A DNA stretch of 64,000 nt from Eledone cirrhosa. Taxonomy: Eukaryota. The DNA is taken from assembly GCA_964016885.1 (NCBI GenBank), contig OZ024761.1, positions 14,570,001 to 14,634,000 on the forward strand, given 5' to 3'. Under the pieces are notes generated by a model. That model ran no database searches. It was given only the letters and a program-made list of their open reading frames with translations, and was not told the origin of the DNA. The first letter of the stretch is position 1; every line of letters begins with the position of its first letter. The translations under genes were made by a program, and so were the position numbers. Shown here one piece after another: positions 27,740-41,089 of this stretch.

Positions 27740-28560
27740 AACATTACATCAGATCTATTTCACCTCAATTGACCTTACACTCTTTAACAACACCTCACAA
27801 CAACATTACATCAGATCTATTTCACCTCAATTGACCTTACACTCTTTAACAACACCTCCCAACAACATTACAACACAACTATTTCACCTCAATTGACCTT
27901 ACACTCTTTAACAACACCTCACAACAACATTACAACACAACTATTTCACCTCAATTGACCTTACACTCTTTAACAACACCTCCCAACAACATTACAACAC
28001 AACTATTTCACCTCAATTGACCCTACACTCTTTAACAACACCTCACAACAACATTACAACACAACTATTTCACCTCAATTGACCCTACACTCTTTAACAA
28101 CACCTCACAACAACATTACAACACAACTATTTCACCTCAATTGACCTTACACTCTTTAACAACACCTCACAACAACATTACAACACAACTATTTCACCTC
28201 AATTGACCCTACACTCTTTAACAACACCTCACAACAACATTACAACACAACTATTTCACCTCAATTGACCCTACACTCTTTAACAACACCTCACAACAAC
28301 ATTACAACACAACTATTTCACCTCAATTAACCTTACACTCTTTAACAACACCTCACAACAACATTACAACACAACTATTTCACCTCAATTGACCCTACAC
28401 TCTTTAACAACACCTCCCAACAACATTACAACACAACTATTTCACCTCAATTGACCCTACACTCTTTAACAATACCTCACAACAACATTACAACACAACT
28501 ATTTCACCTCAATTGACCCTACACTCTCTAGCAATACCTCAAAACAACATAAAAATAACC
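27740..28560. repeat. 62-bp minisatellite, ~13 copies
   Basis: tcacctcaattgaccttacactctttaacaacacctcacaacaacattacaacacaactatt. Confidence 0.95.
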
Positions 28561-29035
28561 ATTTCACCACAACTGGTACCGAGGGTTGGTATGCCTGAGC
28601 TGGTCATTGAGGGGGAGGAGCTCTTGTTAACTATACAAAATGGCTCAAATAGGTTATGTTTATCACCTTTACTTGGCCAAACTCTTGCCCATGTGTCCCC
28701 GTCGCAGCACTCAGGGACTATATTTTATCGACTGCCCATAAGGATGAAAGGCAAAACTAACCTAGGTGGGATTTGAACTCAGAACATAAATTGCCGTAAC
28801 TCTATACCACAAAGCATGTTGTCCAGCACTGTACAGACTTTGTCAATCCACCACCCTTCTCAAAATAAATAATAAGATCAAAATCTCATAGATTCGATAT
28901 TATGTGAGATAAAGCTTTTATCACAAAAATACAATAGTAAATATAGAGTAATGTAAATGCTAAAGCATTAATACCTAAACAAATCCACAATTCTGCCAAT
29001 TTGCCATCTCTTTTAGATAAGTAAATATAAACACA

Positions 29036-29325
29036 TTAAGTGTAGTGTGCGGAAGAGAAGACTGCGTTGGTATGGACATGTGATGCGCATGGAGGATGAC
29101 CGCTGGATAAAGAAGTGTCAAGAAATCTTAGTGGAAGGAAGATGCAATAGAGGAAGATCACGAAAACTATGGGCGGAGGTGGTGAGAGCTGACCTCAGAT
29201 CACTGAAGCTCACAGAGGCAATGACGAAGGACCATGACGAATGGAGAGATGCTGTGCTGAAAAGGACCCGTCCCACCTTTGCAAGCAAGGAAAAAGTGGG
29301 CGTAAAATGATGATGATGATGATGA
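29036..29325 (+). mobile_element. RTE LINE 3' fragment with (GAT)n tail
   Basis: RRLRWYGHVMRMEDDRW; same family as 7645-7973. Confidence 0.9.
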
Positions 29326-29344
29326 TAGAACAAATAGTTTTGCA

Positions 29345-29680
29345 TCATAGAAGATAAACAAATACCGGGGATTGTTCAGCCGCCGTCCAGGCCTCAAACA
29401 TATTTGGAGCCCCATACTGCCGAGCTTCTCCGCAAGATTGGAACATCAGCAGCCTGTCTGTGGAAGGAGCCCCATGGGGTGGGGTGGCTGTTGCAACAGG
29501 TGCTGCTGGCCATCGTCCATGGGAATGCTTTTGTGGTCTTGTTCGCAGAGCACAGCCCCAATATCACTGCGCCCAAGACCTAAAGCCATTCACTCACCGC
29601 CTTCACCCTCCCATTCTCCTGTGACCTTAGAGCCCTTGCCTTTCCCGTTTTCATAACCACAAAAGTCACTTGCATTTTTT
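29345..29680 (+). mobile_element. CRE-like non-LTR retrotransposon 3' fragment
   Basis: Frame not in the ORF track: FGAHTAELLRKIG...GWLLQQVLLAIVHGNAFVV, resembling the CRE C-terminal LFQRLSxAxQRGNA motif. Confidence 0.6.
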
Positions 29681-29699
29681 TTTAATATTCTTTTTAGAG

Positions 29700-30310
29700 T
29701 CATCATCATCATTTAACGTCCATCTTCCACGCTAGCATGGGTTAGACGGGAATTGTCCCACTTGAGGCAAGATTGATCGGGTGACCATGTCTCGCTCATA
29801 TAGGACTGTATCTGGCAGGTTTTCTATGGCTGGATGCCCTTCCTAACACCAACCACATTTACAGTGTGGACTGGGAGCTTTTTTTCCGTGTCTCCTACAT
29901 GACCACTTTATAGTGTGGACTGGGTGCTTTTTGTCGAGACACCTACATGACCACTTTATAGTGTGGACTGAATGTTCTGTGGTATCAACATAACTTTACA
30001 GAGACAGGATGGTGTTGATGGGAGTGAGAGGATGGAGTAGAGGTAGTGGGTTGGGGTGTATATTTGGTTAAGAAGTGCCTACTGACTGTAGGTTAACTTT
30101 GTAGGGAAGGTGAGTATTACTGCGTAGCGCCAAAGATCTCGATCTACTCCATAACTTCCATCAATTTTGATCGCCCTGCACTTTTTTATACAGCTGTCAT
30201 CTTTCATGCGCATCACATGACCATACCAACGTAATCTTCTCTCAAGTAAACAGCATCTGATCCCTCTTATTCCTTATTTCTCACTTAGTTCATTTATGCT
30301 TTGCTGTTCG
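29700..30310 (-). mobile_element. RTE LINE 3' portion, same family as 1-880
   Basis: Colinear with 197-880 with an internal deletion; (cat)n tail at 29700. Confidence 0.85.
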
Positions 30311-30553
30311 TTTAGAGTAGCCGAATAATTTCGAAACAGGACCAGTTTTGGGGAGTTTAGTATCGCTAATCATTGTATCCAATGTTCTAACAACACTGTT
30401 AATTTGTTACCCCTGAATACATATTTTCCCAGGTGAAAGAAAGAGAGAAAGGAAGCAGCAAAAACGGGGATAAGGTGTGCTGAAAAAAAAATTAAAAACA
30501 AAAAAAAAGAAAACAACAACAATGATAAAAATAAAGGTAAAAGCTGGACTTAC

Positions 30554-31323
30554 CACAAGAATTAAGTAGTCTCCCGGAATGGTGGTGGGTAACAGGTAAA
30601 ACTGAAATGCGTCGTTGATTAAGTTTCTTAAATACAGTACCTTCGATGTTGGTTCCCCGAATGGTGGTAGAGGTGGTGGTGGAGGTGGTGGGGCTGGTGG
30701 TGAAAATGATGATGACGATGATGATGATGATGATGGCAATGACTTCAAAGATGACGATGGTGATGATGAGGATGATGATGATGATAATGGTGGCAGCGAT
30801 GTAATGTTATTCGGGGCAGGGTTAGGGTTAGAGTTAGGGTTTGAGTTAGATGAATTTCTGTGGTGGTCTGGTTGGCTGCGTGAGGAGAGTTTCCCCTTAA
30901 TGATGCTACGTCGACGACGACGTAGCTTTTGCTGCTGCTGCTGTCGTATTACTGCTTCCACTACTGCTGCTGTCTCCGTTCTGTTATTGCCTAGTTGGCT
31001 AACAACCCTTTTCGGCTGAGCGGTCGGGTACCTCGTCGACCTGAGCAGACGGATGAGGACGCTGGGGCTGGGCCCGTCGATATCCTTCTTCGACGTATGC
31101 ACCCATATGCCCCTCTGTGGGGTTGACAGGAACTCCTGCTGGGACTTGAGCCTCTGTTGCTGTTGGCGTCTCTCATACTCGGACATGGTGTGCTCGTGTC
31201 GGCTCTGAAAATGGCGCTTGCGATTGGCTCCGATCGACGATGTCGGATGAAGGGTCCGATTCTTGGCATCGTGCCCCGTGCCTCTGTGGCTGCTGGTAAG
31301 GACATTCTTCAATATGTTATCAC
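30554..31323 (-). CDS. 770-nt coding exon of an unidentified secreted protein
   Basis: Acceptor tttcttgttgtag at 31324, donor GTAAGT at 30553, open throughout (phase 1 to 0), CpG-retaining unique sequence; poly-Q/S/P, RRRRR/S site, ends KVLYLRNLINDAFQFYLLPTTIPGDYLILV. Confidence 0.85.
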
Positions 31324-32152
31324 CTACAACAAGAAATACAACACAATACACACCATTAGAAATACAGCAAATAAAGAATTGTAGTTCGGGAACAAGGCCA
31401 GTGGGAAATTGATTAAATTAACCCCAGTACTTTACTGGTACTTCATACTATTGACCCCGCACCCTCCAGAAGGATGAAAGGCAAAGGTGACCTCAGAGAG
31501 ATTTGAACTTGGAATGTAACGAGCTAGAACAAAACATTTTGCCTGACACTCTACCAATTCTGCCAATCCACCATCCTAAAAACACAGGCACAAGGCCAGT
31601 AATTTGGGCAGAGGAGAAAGTCAAGTATATCTAACCCCAGTACCTGACTGGTACTTTATTTAATCGATCCCATCCCCTGGAAGGATGAAAGGTAAAGTTG
31701 ACCACAGTAGGATTTGAACTCAAAGAACATAAAGAGCTGTAACCAAATACATGTTGTCCAAAAGTTCTTCACACCAGAGAGCATCCTCCTACACAGTCGA
31801 ATGGGTAGTGATGGCATAGGTTACTGATATCTGCCACATCTGTCAACACACACACCTATAGTTGACAATGGAAATAGGAAAAAAAAAAAAAAATACAGAT
31901 TTTCAGAAGTTGTAATTCTGGCTTTTGGCCTTCTGAGTTCAAATCCCACTGAAGTTAGTTTTGCCTTTCATTCTTCCAGGGTTGATAAATAAAAAGCCAG
32001 TATAGGGTGGTCAACTGGCAGAAGTGTTTGTGTGTTGGGTAGTACACCTTATAGGATTGGGTCCAGTACTTTGTTTTTTTAGTTCAAATCACGCTGTGTG
32101 TGGCCTAATTGAGTGGTAGATTTAACTAGTCTTTCAGTTTAACACTACTACC

Positions 32153-33770
32153 AGTGACTCTAGTGTCTGATATTGGCTGGCGTCTCTCTTCAGTCATCCA
32201 CTCAATTGGAATTAGCCCAAAGATCTGGAGAGAAGCCAAGGTCATCGCCATACTCAAACCTGGGAAACCTGCAAATGATCCTGCAAGCTACTGGCCAATC
32301 TCACTCCTCTGTACCTCTTACAAACTATTTGAATGGCTCCTCCCTCTTGGTTAGGCTTAGCCTTTTAGTAGAACCAACCCTGCCTAAGGAGCAGGCAGAC
32401 TTCAGACCAAAAAGGAGTTGTTGCACTGATCAACTCCTCGCCCTTACTACCTTCATTGAGGATGGCTACCAATGTGGTCTCAAGACAGGGGCTGTTTGGG
32501 TCGACCTCTCTTCTGCATATAGTACTATATGGAGATGCGGCCTCCTTCTGAAGGCCTGTTGTATCATCAAGTGCCAGACAACTACAAACATCCTTGCCTC
32601 CATACTCAGTAACAGAAGATTCAGCGTGTCACTAGGAGGTCAAACAAGTTCAGCCAGAATCCTGAATGGTAGCCTTCCCCAAGGCTCCATCCTGGCACCA
32701 TCTACAGAAGAAATATGCCCAGGACAACTTCAAGGAAATCTGCATGTGCAGGTGACCTTGCCTTGGTTACGTATTCTACTAGGTTTGACAAACTCAACTT
32801 TACACTCACAGAAGACCTGAAGAAGATGCTGAACTACTACTCCTATGGGCACCTTCTTCCCAACCCAAGCAAGACCACTGTGATAGCCTTCCATCTCAGC
32901 ACCAGACAAGCTAAGAAAAAACTCAAAATCTCCTTCTATGATAAACCTATCAAGAATGAACCACACCTCAAATATTTTCTTGTAACATTGGATCACAGCC
33001 TGACCTACTGAGAGCACCTAAAGAAGGTTGCCAGAAAGCTCAAGACGAGGATTAATATCATCCACAAGTTAGCAGAAAACAGATGGGGGTCTGATACACA
33101 CACGCTCTGAACTGTGTGCTTAGCACTTGCATATTCAGTTGCAGAGTACTGTTCTCGCCAGTCTCAGCAGGGAGTTGCGGTGCCTAGTAAGTTGACACTA
33201 TCCTCAACTCAGCAATGAAAACAGTATCTGGCACACTGAAATCTGCACCTACTCAGTGGCTGCCTACCCTTTCTCATATAGTTCCTTCTCACATGTGGCA
33301 TCAGGAGATGATCCTTGAAATAGCACTTCTTACTAAGTTCAAGCCTGATCTTCCCATCCATGAAGACCTGGAAAACTTTCCCAACATGGGCTTGAAATCA
33401 CACAAACCATTCTGGGAATCAATGAAAACCTTTCAAGACAATAACTTTGATCTGAAGGAAGAGTGGCAAAGACCATGGACCCCACATCTAAACCAGCTGA
33501 CTTTGAACTTCCTAGAAAGCAATGGTTGTCCTTTAATTGGATCCATACAACACATGCCAGGACAGCCCATCATCTCCATTGATGGAAAATGAAAGACAAC
33601 CCAGCATGTGGCTGTGAGGACCCTGACCAGACAGTGTTGCATGTTGTTCAGGATTGCCTCCTCAGACATTTACCCAGCAACATGGAGGCAATCCATAATA
33701 CAATTCACACCTTAGTCTGGCTCACCAATCTCGACCTGTCTCTCTATTGTGCATATGACATACAAGAAGA
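32153..33770 (+). mobile_element. Vingi-like LINE, 5' truncated and decayed RT
   Basis: AILKPGK..SYWPISLL, WVDLSSAY, LPQGSILAP, decayed YADD, CGC..QT..H knuckle, 3' end catacaagaagaa; 41-bp flanking duplication. Confidence 0.85.
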
Positions 33771-34025
33771 AGTGGTAGATTTAACTGGTCCTTCAGTTTA
33801 ACACTACTACCTGGTCCTTGGGTAGTAAACTTAATCTGTCACCTGGTTTAACACCACCACCACCTGAACCTTGGATGGTAGATTTAATGTGTCACCTGGT
33901 TTAACACCACCACCTGGTCCTAGATTGGTAGACTTAATCTGTCATCCAATTCAATATTACCACTTGAGCTTTGGGTAGTAGTAAACTTAATCTGTCACCC
34001 AGTTTAACACCACTACAACTAGACC
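33771..34025. repeat. ~50-bp degenerate tandem repeat
   Basis: ggtagatttaa..gtcacctggtttaacaccaccacctg units. Confidence 0.75.
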
Positions 34026-34034
34026 ACATTTAAT

Positions 34035-35230
34035 CATAGGTCTGCTGGATCGGAACTGGCCTGATGCTAAACAATAACAAGAACAAGGCACAACACATTA
34101 GATAATGCAATCCTAGATACACAATGTTTGAATACAAGATGAGCTGGTCACAACTGGAACACCTTTGAAAACAGGTCTGCTGGATCAGAGCTGGTCTATG
34201 GCTAAACAAGGAACGACACGTTCGATAATGTAATCCTAGATACACTAAATCAGAGTATAAGACGAGATGGTCACAACTGGAACATCTTTGATCACAGGTC
34301 TGCTGGATCAGAGCTGGTCTATGGCTAAACAAGGAACGACACGTTCGATAATGTAATCCTAGATACACTAAATCAGAGTATAAGACGAGATGGTCACAAC
34401 TGGAACATCTTTGATCACAGGTCTGCTGGATCAGAGCTGGTCTATGGCTAAACAAGGAACGACACGTTCGATAATGTAATCCTAGATACACTAAATCAGA
34501 GTATAAGACGAGATGGTCACAACTGGAACATCTTTGATCACAGGTCTGCTTGATCAGGGCTGGCCTAGGCCTAAACAAGGATACGTCAGAAAATATAGTC
34601 GTAAATACATTATATGTGTAAATAAAAAGGCAGGACGGTCACAGCTGGAATGCCTTTGATTCATAGGTATTTTGGATCAAGGTTCACCTGGGACTAAACC
34701 ACAACAAGGAAGGATACATTATATAATGCGGCCTTAGATACACTATGTCAGAATAACGAACGTGATGGTCACAGCTGGTCCATCTTTAATTCATAGATCC
34801 GTTGGATCAAGGCTGACCTGGGGCTAAATAACAAGAAGGTACGCATTAGACATAACATACTCCTAGATATCTGTGAATAAAAGGCGGGATGGTCACAACT
34901 GGAGTACCTTTCATTCATATATGTGGTTGGATTAGGATTAAGCTGCGGCAAAACAACAAAATCGAGGAAACGTACATTAGATAGTATAATCTGTATGTAT
35001 GTGTGTGAGTGTGTTTGAATAAAAGGCGGGATGGCCACAGCTGGAACACTTTTCGTTTACAAGTATGGATGGATCAGGACTTAGCTGAGTCAAGGAAAGC
35101 TACATTATACAGTTTAATCGTAAATACACTAGCTGTGTGGATAAATGGCGAGATGGTCACAGCTGGAGCACCGTTCATACATTAACCTGTTGGATCAGGA
35201 CCGACCAGGGGCTAAACAACAGGCAGACCA
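34035..35230. repeat. 123-bp tandem repeat, ~10 copies with divergence gradient
   Basis: gatggtcacaactggaaca...ggatca recurs at ~123-bp period. Confidence 0.9.
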
Positions 35231-35298
35231 TCCACAACAACAGTTTAAATATATATATACACGTATACATATACATACACACACACATATGTGTGTGT

Positions 35299-35369
<71 letters not shown>

Positions 35370-35773
35370 GAAGAATGTAAGTTCGTGTGACAGAAAAGGG
35401 CTGGAGCTGGCCCTTGACGGAGTTAAATATCAGGTTCATTTCTACACAGGTTAATTAGGTAACGGGTAAGGGCAAAGGTGATCGTGACAATCAAGGTAAA
35501 AATAGGGAGATAGCGGGAGGAGAGAGAAGGATTTGTCTCCATCAATGGTAATGGTTTGTTTTATTCAGCTTTTCCTCATTAAATGGAGTCACGCCTCAAT
35601 ATTCATTAATATATAAATATAGATCCATTATATACATTCAATATATGTGTTTGCGTGAATGTGAGTACATATATATATATATGTATATATTGTGGCAATT
35701 ACACACACACTAACAGATCAATGACAGTTTCCTGTGTCGTGTATTGTGAATACTGGCTTTGTTTGCGTGTGTA

Positions 35774-35805
<32 letters not shown>

Positions 35806-35889
35806 CGTACACAAACATTGGCACCCACACAGATACGCACAGCACACACACACAGCTTTACACATAAACATAGTTACACACACACACAC

Positions 35890-35967
<78 letters not shown>

Positions 35968-36214
35968 GTGTGTGCTGTGCGTATCTGTGTGGGTGCCAAT
36001 GTTTGTGTACGTATATATAAACACACATACATACACACGTCTCTGTGTATCTGCGTGTGTGTAGTAATTCTCTTTTATACAAACGGATGTTTGGAGGAGA
36101 AAATGAAACAGTTTTCAGAAAGAATTGCCAGACCGAAATACACACACAGACAATAGATAGATAGATATAGAAATTGACTGTTAATATATACATAGAAATA
36201 CTACACACACACAC

Positions 36215-36283
<69 letters not shown>

Positions 36284-36350
36284 TAGACATATTCATTTAT
36301 ATGTAAATATTATCAATTTAAATTGTCGAGTTAAAAACTCACGATATTCC

Positions 36351-36397
<47 letters not shown>

Positions 36398-36552
36398 AAT
36401 ACATATATATATATAGATTTATATATACATACATATATATATACATATATATTTATATGTATACATTTACACATACATACACAACGAGCTCTGACAGGTG
36501 GAATGAGAGAAGAAAGAAGAAATGTGATAAAGGAATTAAGGGGAGTCCTTAC

Positions 36553-36685
36553 CGTCAACAAGAGTACAAAGGGCCAGGTAATACATTGCCCAAAACATGA
36601 GTGGACAGTGGTTGTGGTAATGATAGTGGTGGCGGTGGTGATGCTGGCTTTGCCGGGCGCACTGACCAAATGATGTGACAGCCAT
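36553..36685 (-). CDS. First coding exon: signal peptide of the secreted protein
   Basis: agcATGG Kozak at 36685; [45 protein letters not shown]; 133 nt, donor G/GTAAGG in phase 1 matches the 31323 acceptor; possible upstream acceptor at 36839. Confidence 0.8.
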
Positions 36686-38429
36686 GCTGACAAAACGACG
36701 ATGTTCTATAATACAATATTACAGTATACAGTGAACAGGCTCTGTTGTTCAATGAACACTCGACCGAACAACCACTACTATTAATGTACCTCGCTTTCGA
36801 ACACGTATCGTTCTTCACGTTTTAAAATAGTACCGGCTCTAGGAAGTCGGAACTTTCGATTTCCATGGATTTTCCCCAAATTTTTTCGTCATGTTTGTAA
36901 AGATAAGAACGTCACACGCGAAAATTTTTGATTTTTTTAAATTATATATATATATGTGATTTATTGGGATAATTGAATGAGATATTGAATGGTGTGTAAG
37001 CTTGCGCATGTGTGTGTATTTCAGCAAGTATATGGGTTCAAAATACGTCATATTGCGTGTGTATGTGTCACATTGCCTGTGAGTATGTGTGTGTGTATGT
37101 CAAAGCATGTATAAAGATATGCATACGTCATGTTACATACGTGTGTAGGAGCGCACACACATACATGTTTACGTGTGTGTGTGTCTGTAAGTATGTCAGT
37201 GTGCGTAAACACACAGGTAGTGTTGGCGCATGTGTAACAATATGCGCACATGCGTGTGTATACACACACATTATATATATATATATATTGTTATACAGTA
37301 CAAAAACCATCACCAGATACCATATTGGCGTTTAGTTTCTATTATCGATCTCTCCTTCACCTCTTCCCTCTCTCTTTCCTTTCATTCAATAACTTATTCT
37401 GTTCTCTTTCCTTTTTCTCTCCTTCCCCCCCCCTCTCTCTATATTACCTGAATATCTCTCCCTCTTTCTCTTTAAAATTTTCCTGAATTTTTTTCTCTCT
37501 CTCTCATTCATCTCTCGGCTTTCCCTTCGCGCTCTCTCTCCTCTCATTCAGTAAATCTCTCTTACTCTCTCTCTCTCTCTCCTTTCCCTTTGCTCTATCT
37601 CTCCTCTCATTCAGTAAATCTTCTCTCTATATATTTCTCTCACTCTCTCGCTATCTCTCTCTCTCTCTCCTTTCTCTTTGCTCTATCTATCCTCTCATTC
37701 AGTAAATCTCTTTTACTCTCTCTCTCTCTCTCTCTCCTTTCATTTCTCAGCTTTCTCTTTGCTCTATCTATCCTCTCATTCAGTAAATCTCTCTTACTCT
37801 CTCTCTCTCTCCTTTCATTTCTCAGCTTTCTCTTTGTTCTATCTATCCTCTCATTCAGTAAATCTTCTCTCTCTCTATCTATCTCACTCTCTCGCTCTCT
37901 CTCTCTCTACTTTCTCTTTGCTCTATCTATCCTCTCATTCAGTAAATCTTCTCTTTCTCTCTCTCTCTCCCCCTCTCTCTCTCTCTGCTTTCATCTATTC
38001 TATTACTCTCTCTATTTTCCCCGCCTCTCATCTTTCTTCTTCTCTCTATCCCTCAACATTATCACTCTTTCCATCTCTGTCTCTTCATAATCTCCCTCTG
38101 CCTCCCATCTCTATCTCTCTCTCTCTCTCTCTCACCATCCTATCTATCTACATTCTTGCCAATCTTCTAATCTATCTATCTAACCAGCTAACAATCAATC
38201 AATCTAGCCAATTATTTGTCACCTTCTTTTCTGCCCCTGTGGCTAATAAAGAAACATATCTATCTATCAAACCATCTATCTATCCAACGATCTAACAATC
38301 TATCTATCTACCTATCTAACTACCTATCTATCTATCTATCAACCCAACCATCTATATATCTATATCTATCGATGTTCCCAACCATAAATCGATGTATCTT
38401 TCTATATCTATCTATCGATCTATCTACCC

Positions 38430-38481
<52 letters not shown>

Positions 38482-38504
38482 GCCTACTGTACCCCAGCAA
38501 GTTT

Positions 38505-38812
38505 TATGAAAGGTGGGTGAAAGTGGCGAGAATGGCCCGAGTGAATGGGCCTTCTCTCTATATCAGCCTGTAGGTTGAGGAAAAGGAGGAGGAGAGGAAA
38601 GGAGTACAAACTATTCGTACTCCTGGAGATGAGGGTTGCACATTTTTTTTCGGGGGTATGTGTTACCCATATAAACTGTCTCCCCCTATTGGGGAAAATC
38701 GACTAACTTTTTAAATTCCATTTGTGATAACATTTTACACGTTTTTATTGTATGTAAACTTCCCCCTTTGTATTTGTCCCCTTCTTTTGTGCCCCTGTGG
38801 CTAATAAAGAAA
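38505..38812 (+). mobile_element. Tx1-like LINE 3' fragment in (TCTA)n
   Basis: gaaaggtgggtgaaagtggcgagaatggcccgagtgaatggg as at 5457; ends gtggctaataaagaaa; 40-bp stub also at 38215-38255. Confidence 0.7.
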
Positions 38813-38889
38813 TTTATCTATCTGCCTATCTATTCATTCTGCTCCTCCCACACACCATTACTCTTTTACTTCATTCACACATTTCCTAC

Positions 38890-38953
<64 letters not shown>

Positions 38954-39088
38954 CTTCCCCTATTTTCACTTTCCTTCTTTTATCATTTATCTCTATCTCT
39001 TTCACACATACACTCCCCTTCTTTCACACTTCCTTTTCTCCTTCTTGCACTTTCCCCTCTCCCCTTATTTAATCTATCACTTTCTCTC

Positions 39089-39154
<66 letters not shown>

Positions 39155-39426
39155 CTTCTGTTCTTTCAATTCCATTCTCTCTAAATGTCTCTCTTTCTCC
39201 CTCTCTCTGTTTTATTCCCAGTTTCTAAGTGTCTCACACTTTGCCATTCTCTCTTTCTCTATCTATTTATCTCTTACCTTCACTCTCTCTTGTTCTATCT
39301 ATCTCTCTCTCTATTTCATACTCTTTCTTTCTCTTACTCTCCTTGTCTCTTCTTGAATGTTTCTCCACTTCTCTCTCTATCTCTCTCTCCTTCACTATGT
39401 ACTTTTACCTTTTGCTATCTCTTTTG

Positions 39427-39484
<58 letters not shown>

Positions 39485-39824
39485 TATCTACCTCTCTTTT
39501 TCTTTAATCTCTCTCCTCACTCCATCTTCCTCCAATGAAACCCCATGACAACAGAAGCAAGTTATAGAAATAGCAGCCAAATCTCCCTCAAATCTTACCC
39601 AACCATTTTAACCTTTGTGATACCAACCTGTCCCAAACTGCCTCTGGTTCTGTGAAACAAAACCACTCATTTTAATAGGTTCCTATTTAAATTAAAACCT
39701 TCCAACATAATTTTATAGATAAACCTTTTGCTACAAATACCATTTTAATAATGAAGTAATAAGTTTAGCAAATCCTACCAAATTCTTCATTTTCTAATGA
39801 AAAAAAAAAAAAAAGGAAAAGAGC

Positions 39825-40655
39825 CCAACATCAGAGCAGATCAAGGATACAATGTTTCCATTGCTAATACTATCTGTTGTTCACATCTGGCAGAAAGAGC
39901 TGATCAGAAGATGAGACCAAAGAAACTATGTTTCTATTGGTATTCCCATTGCTGATACTATCTGTCAGCCACAATCCCTAGCAGAGGAATCAGTTGCCAG
40001 ATCAAACCAAAGAAACTATGTTTCTATTGGTATTCCCATTGCTGATACTATCTGTCAGCCACAATCTCTAGCAGAGGAATCAGTTGCCAGATCAAACCAA
40101 AGAAACTATGTTTCTATTGGTATTCCCATTGCTGATACTATCTGTCAGCCACAATCTCTAGCAGAGGAATCAGTTGCCAGATCAAACCAAAGAAACTATG
40201 TTTCCATTCATCTTTGTGTTGCTGATACTGCAGAAAAAAAGGAGCTGATTGTCAGATCAGACCAAGGAAACAATGGTCTTTCCACTGATGCTACAACAAC
40301 TCCTGGCAGAGGAAAGGAGCCAATCATCAAATCAAACCAAGGGAACTATCTTTCAATTGGTCTTTCCATGGCTAATACTATCTGTTGCTCACAACACCTG
40401 GCAGAAGGAGCTGATCACCAGATCAGACCAAAGAAACTATGTTTCTATTGGTCTTTCCATTGATGATATTATCTGTCAATCACAACTGGCAGAAGAAAGG
40501 AGCTGATCATCAAATCAGACAAAATAAACAATGCTTCCAATGATCTTTCCATTACTGATACTGTCTATCAGTTACAACTCATGGCAGAAGAAAGGGGTCA
40601 ATTATCAGATCAGACCAAAGTAACAAGGTTTCCATTGGTCTTTGATTGGCTAATA
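39825..40655. repeat. 90-bp tandem repeat, ~9 copies
   Basis: agatcaaaccaaagaaactatgtttctattgg at 90-bp period, degenerate at edges. Confidence 0.9.
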
Positions 40656-40840
40656 CTGGCAAAACCAACTGGTAGGAGAGCCAGAGGTAGAACACAAGCA
40701 AGATGGCTTGGTAACATCCATGAGCTTGGTTTGGATTGCTTAGAGATCCATCCAAATCAATTAGAGACAGTTGCTTCTAATAGGACCCTCAGAAAGGTGT
40801 GTCTGAAGACTCTGTCCCCACAACCCTTCCAGGAATAAGT
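40655..40840 (+). mobile_element. RTE (Expander/Rex3-like) 3' fragment
   Basis: AKPTGRRARGRTQARW...NRTLRKVCLKTLSPQP. Confidence 0.65.
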
Positions 40841-41057
40841 GGGCAACACCCACAGCAACACCAACAACAATAACACTACCACCACTAACAACTCTACCTA
40901 CAACATCACCGCAACCACCACCATCAACAACAGCAAACAACATTAACAACACCAATACCACCACCAACAATAACACTACCAACAGCAAAAACACCAATAA
41001 CAACAATAACAACACCATCACCAATACTACCAACAACAAAGCACCAACAACACCAAT

Positions 41058-41089
<32 letters not shown>

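Noticed and set aside
30615-31019. Plus-strand Gly/Asp ORF
   Set aside because: Antisense shadow of the real minus-strand exon
34030-34578. 41-aa repeat ORF (also 36-aa repeat ORF at 54747-55181)
   Set aside because: Tandem units with length divisible by 3; frame lost in diverged units
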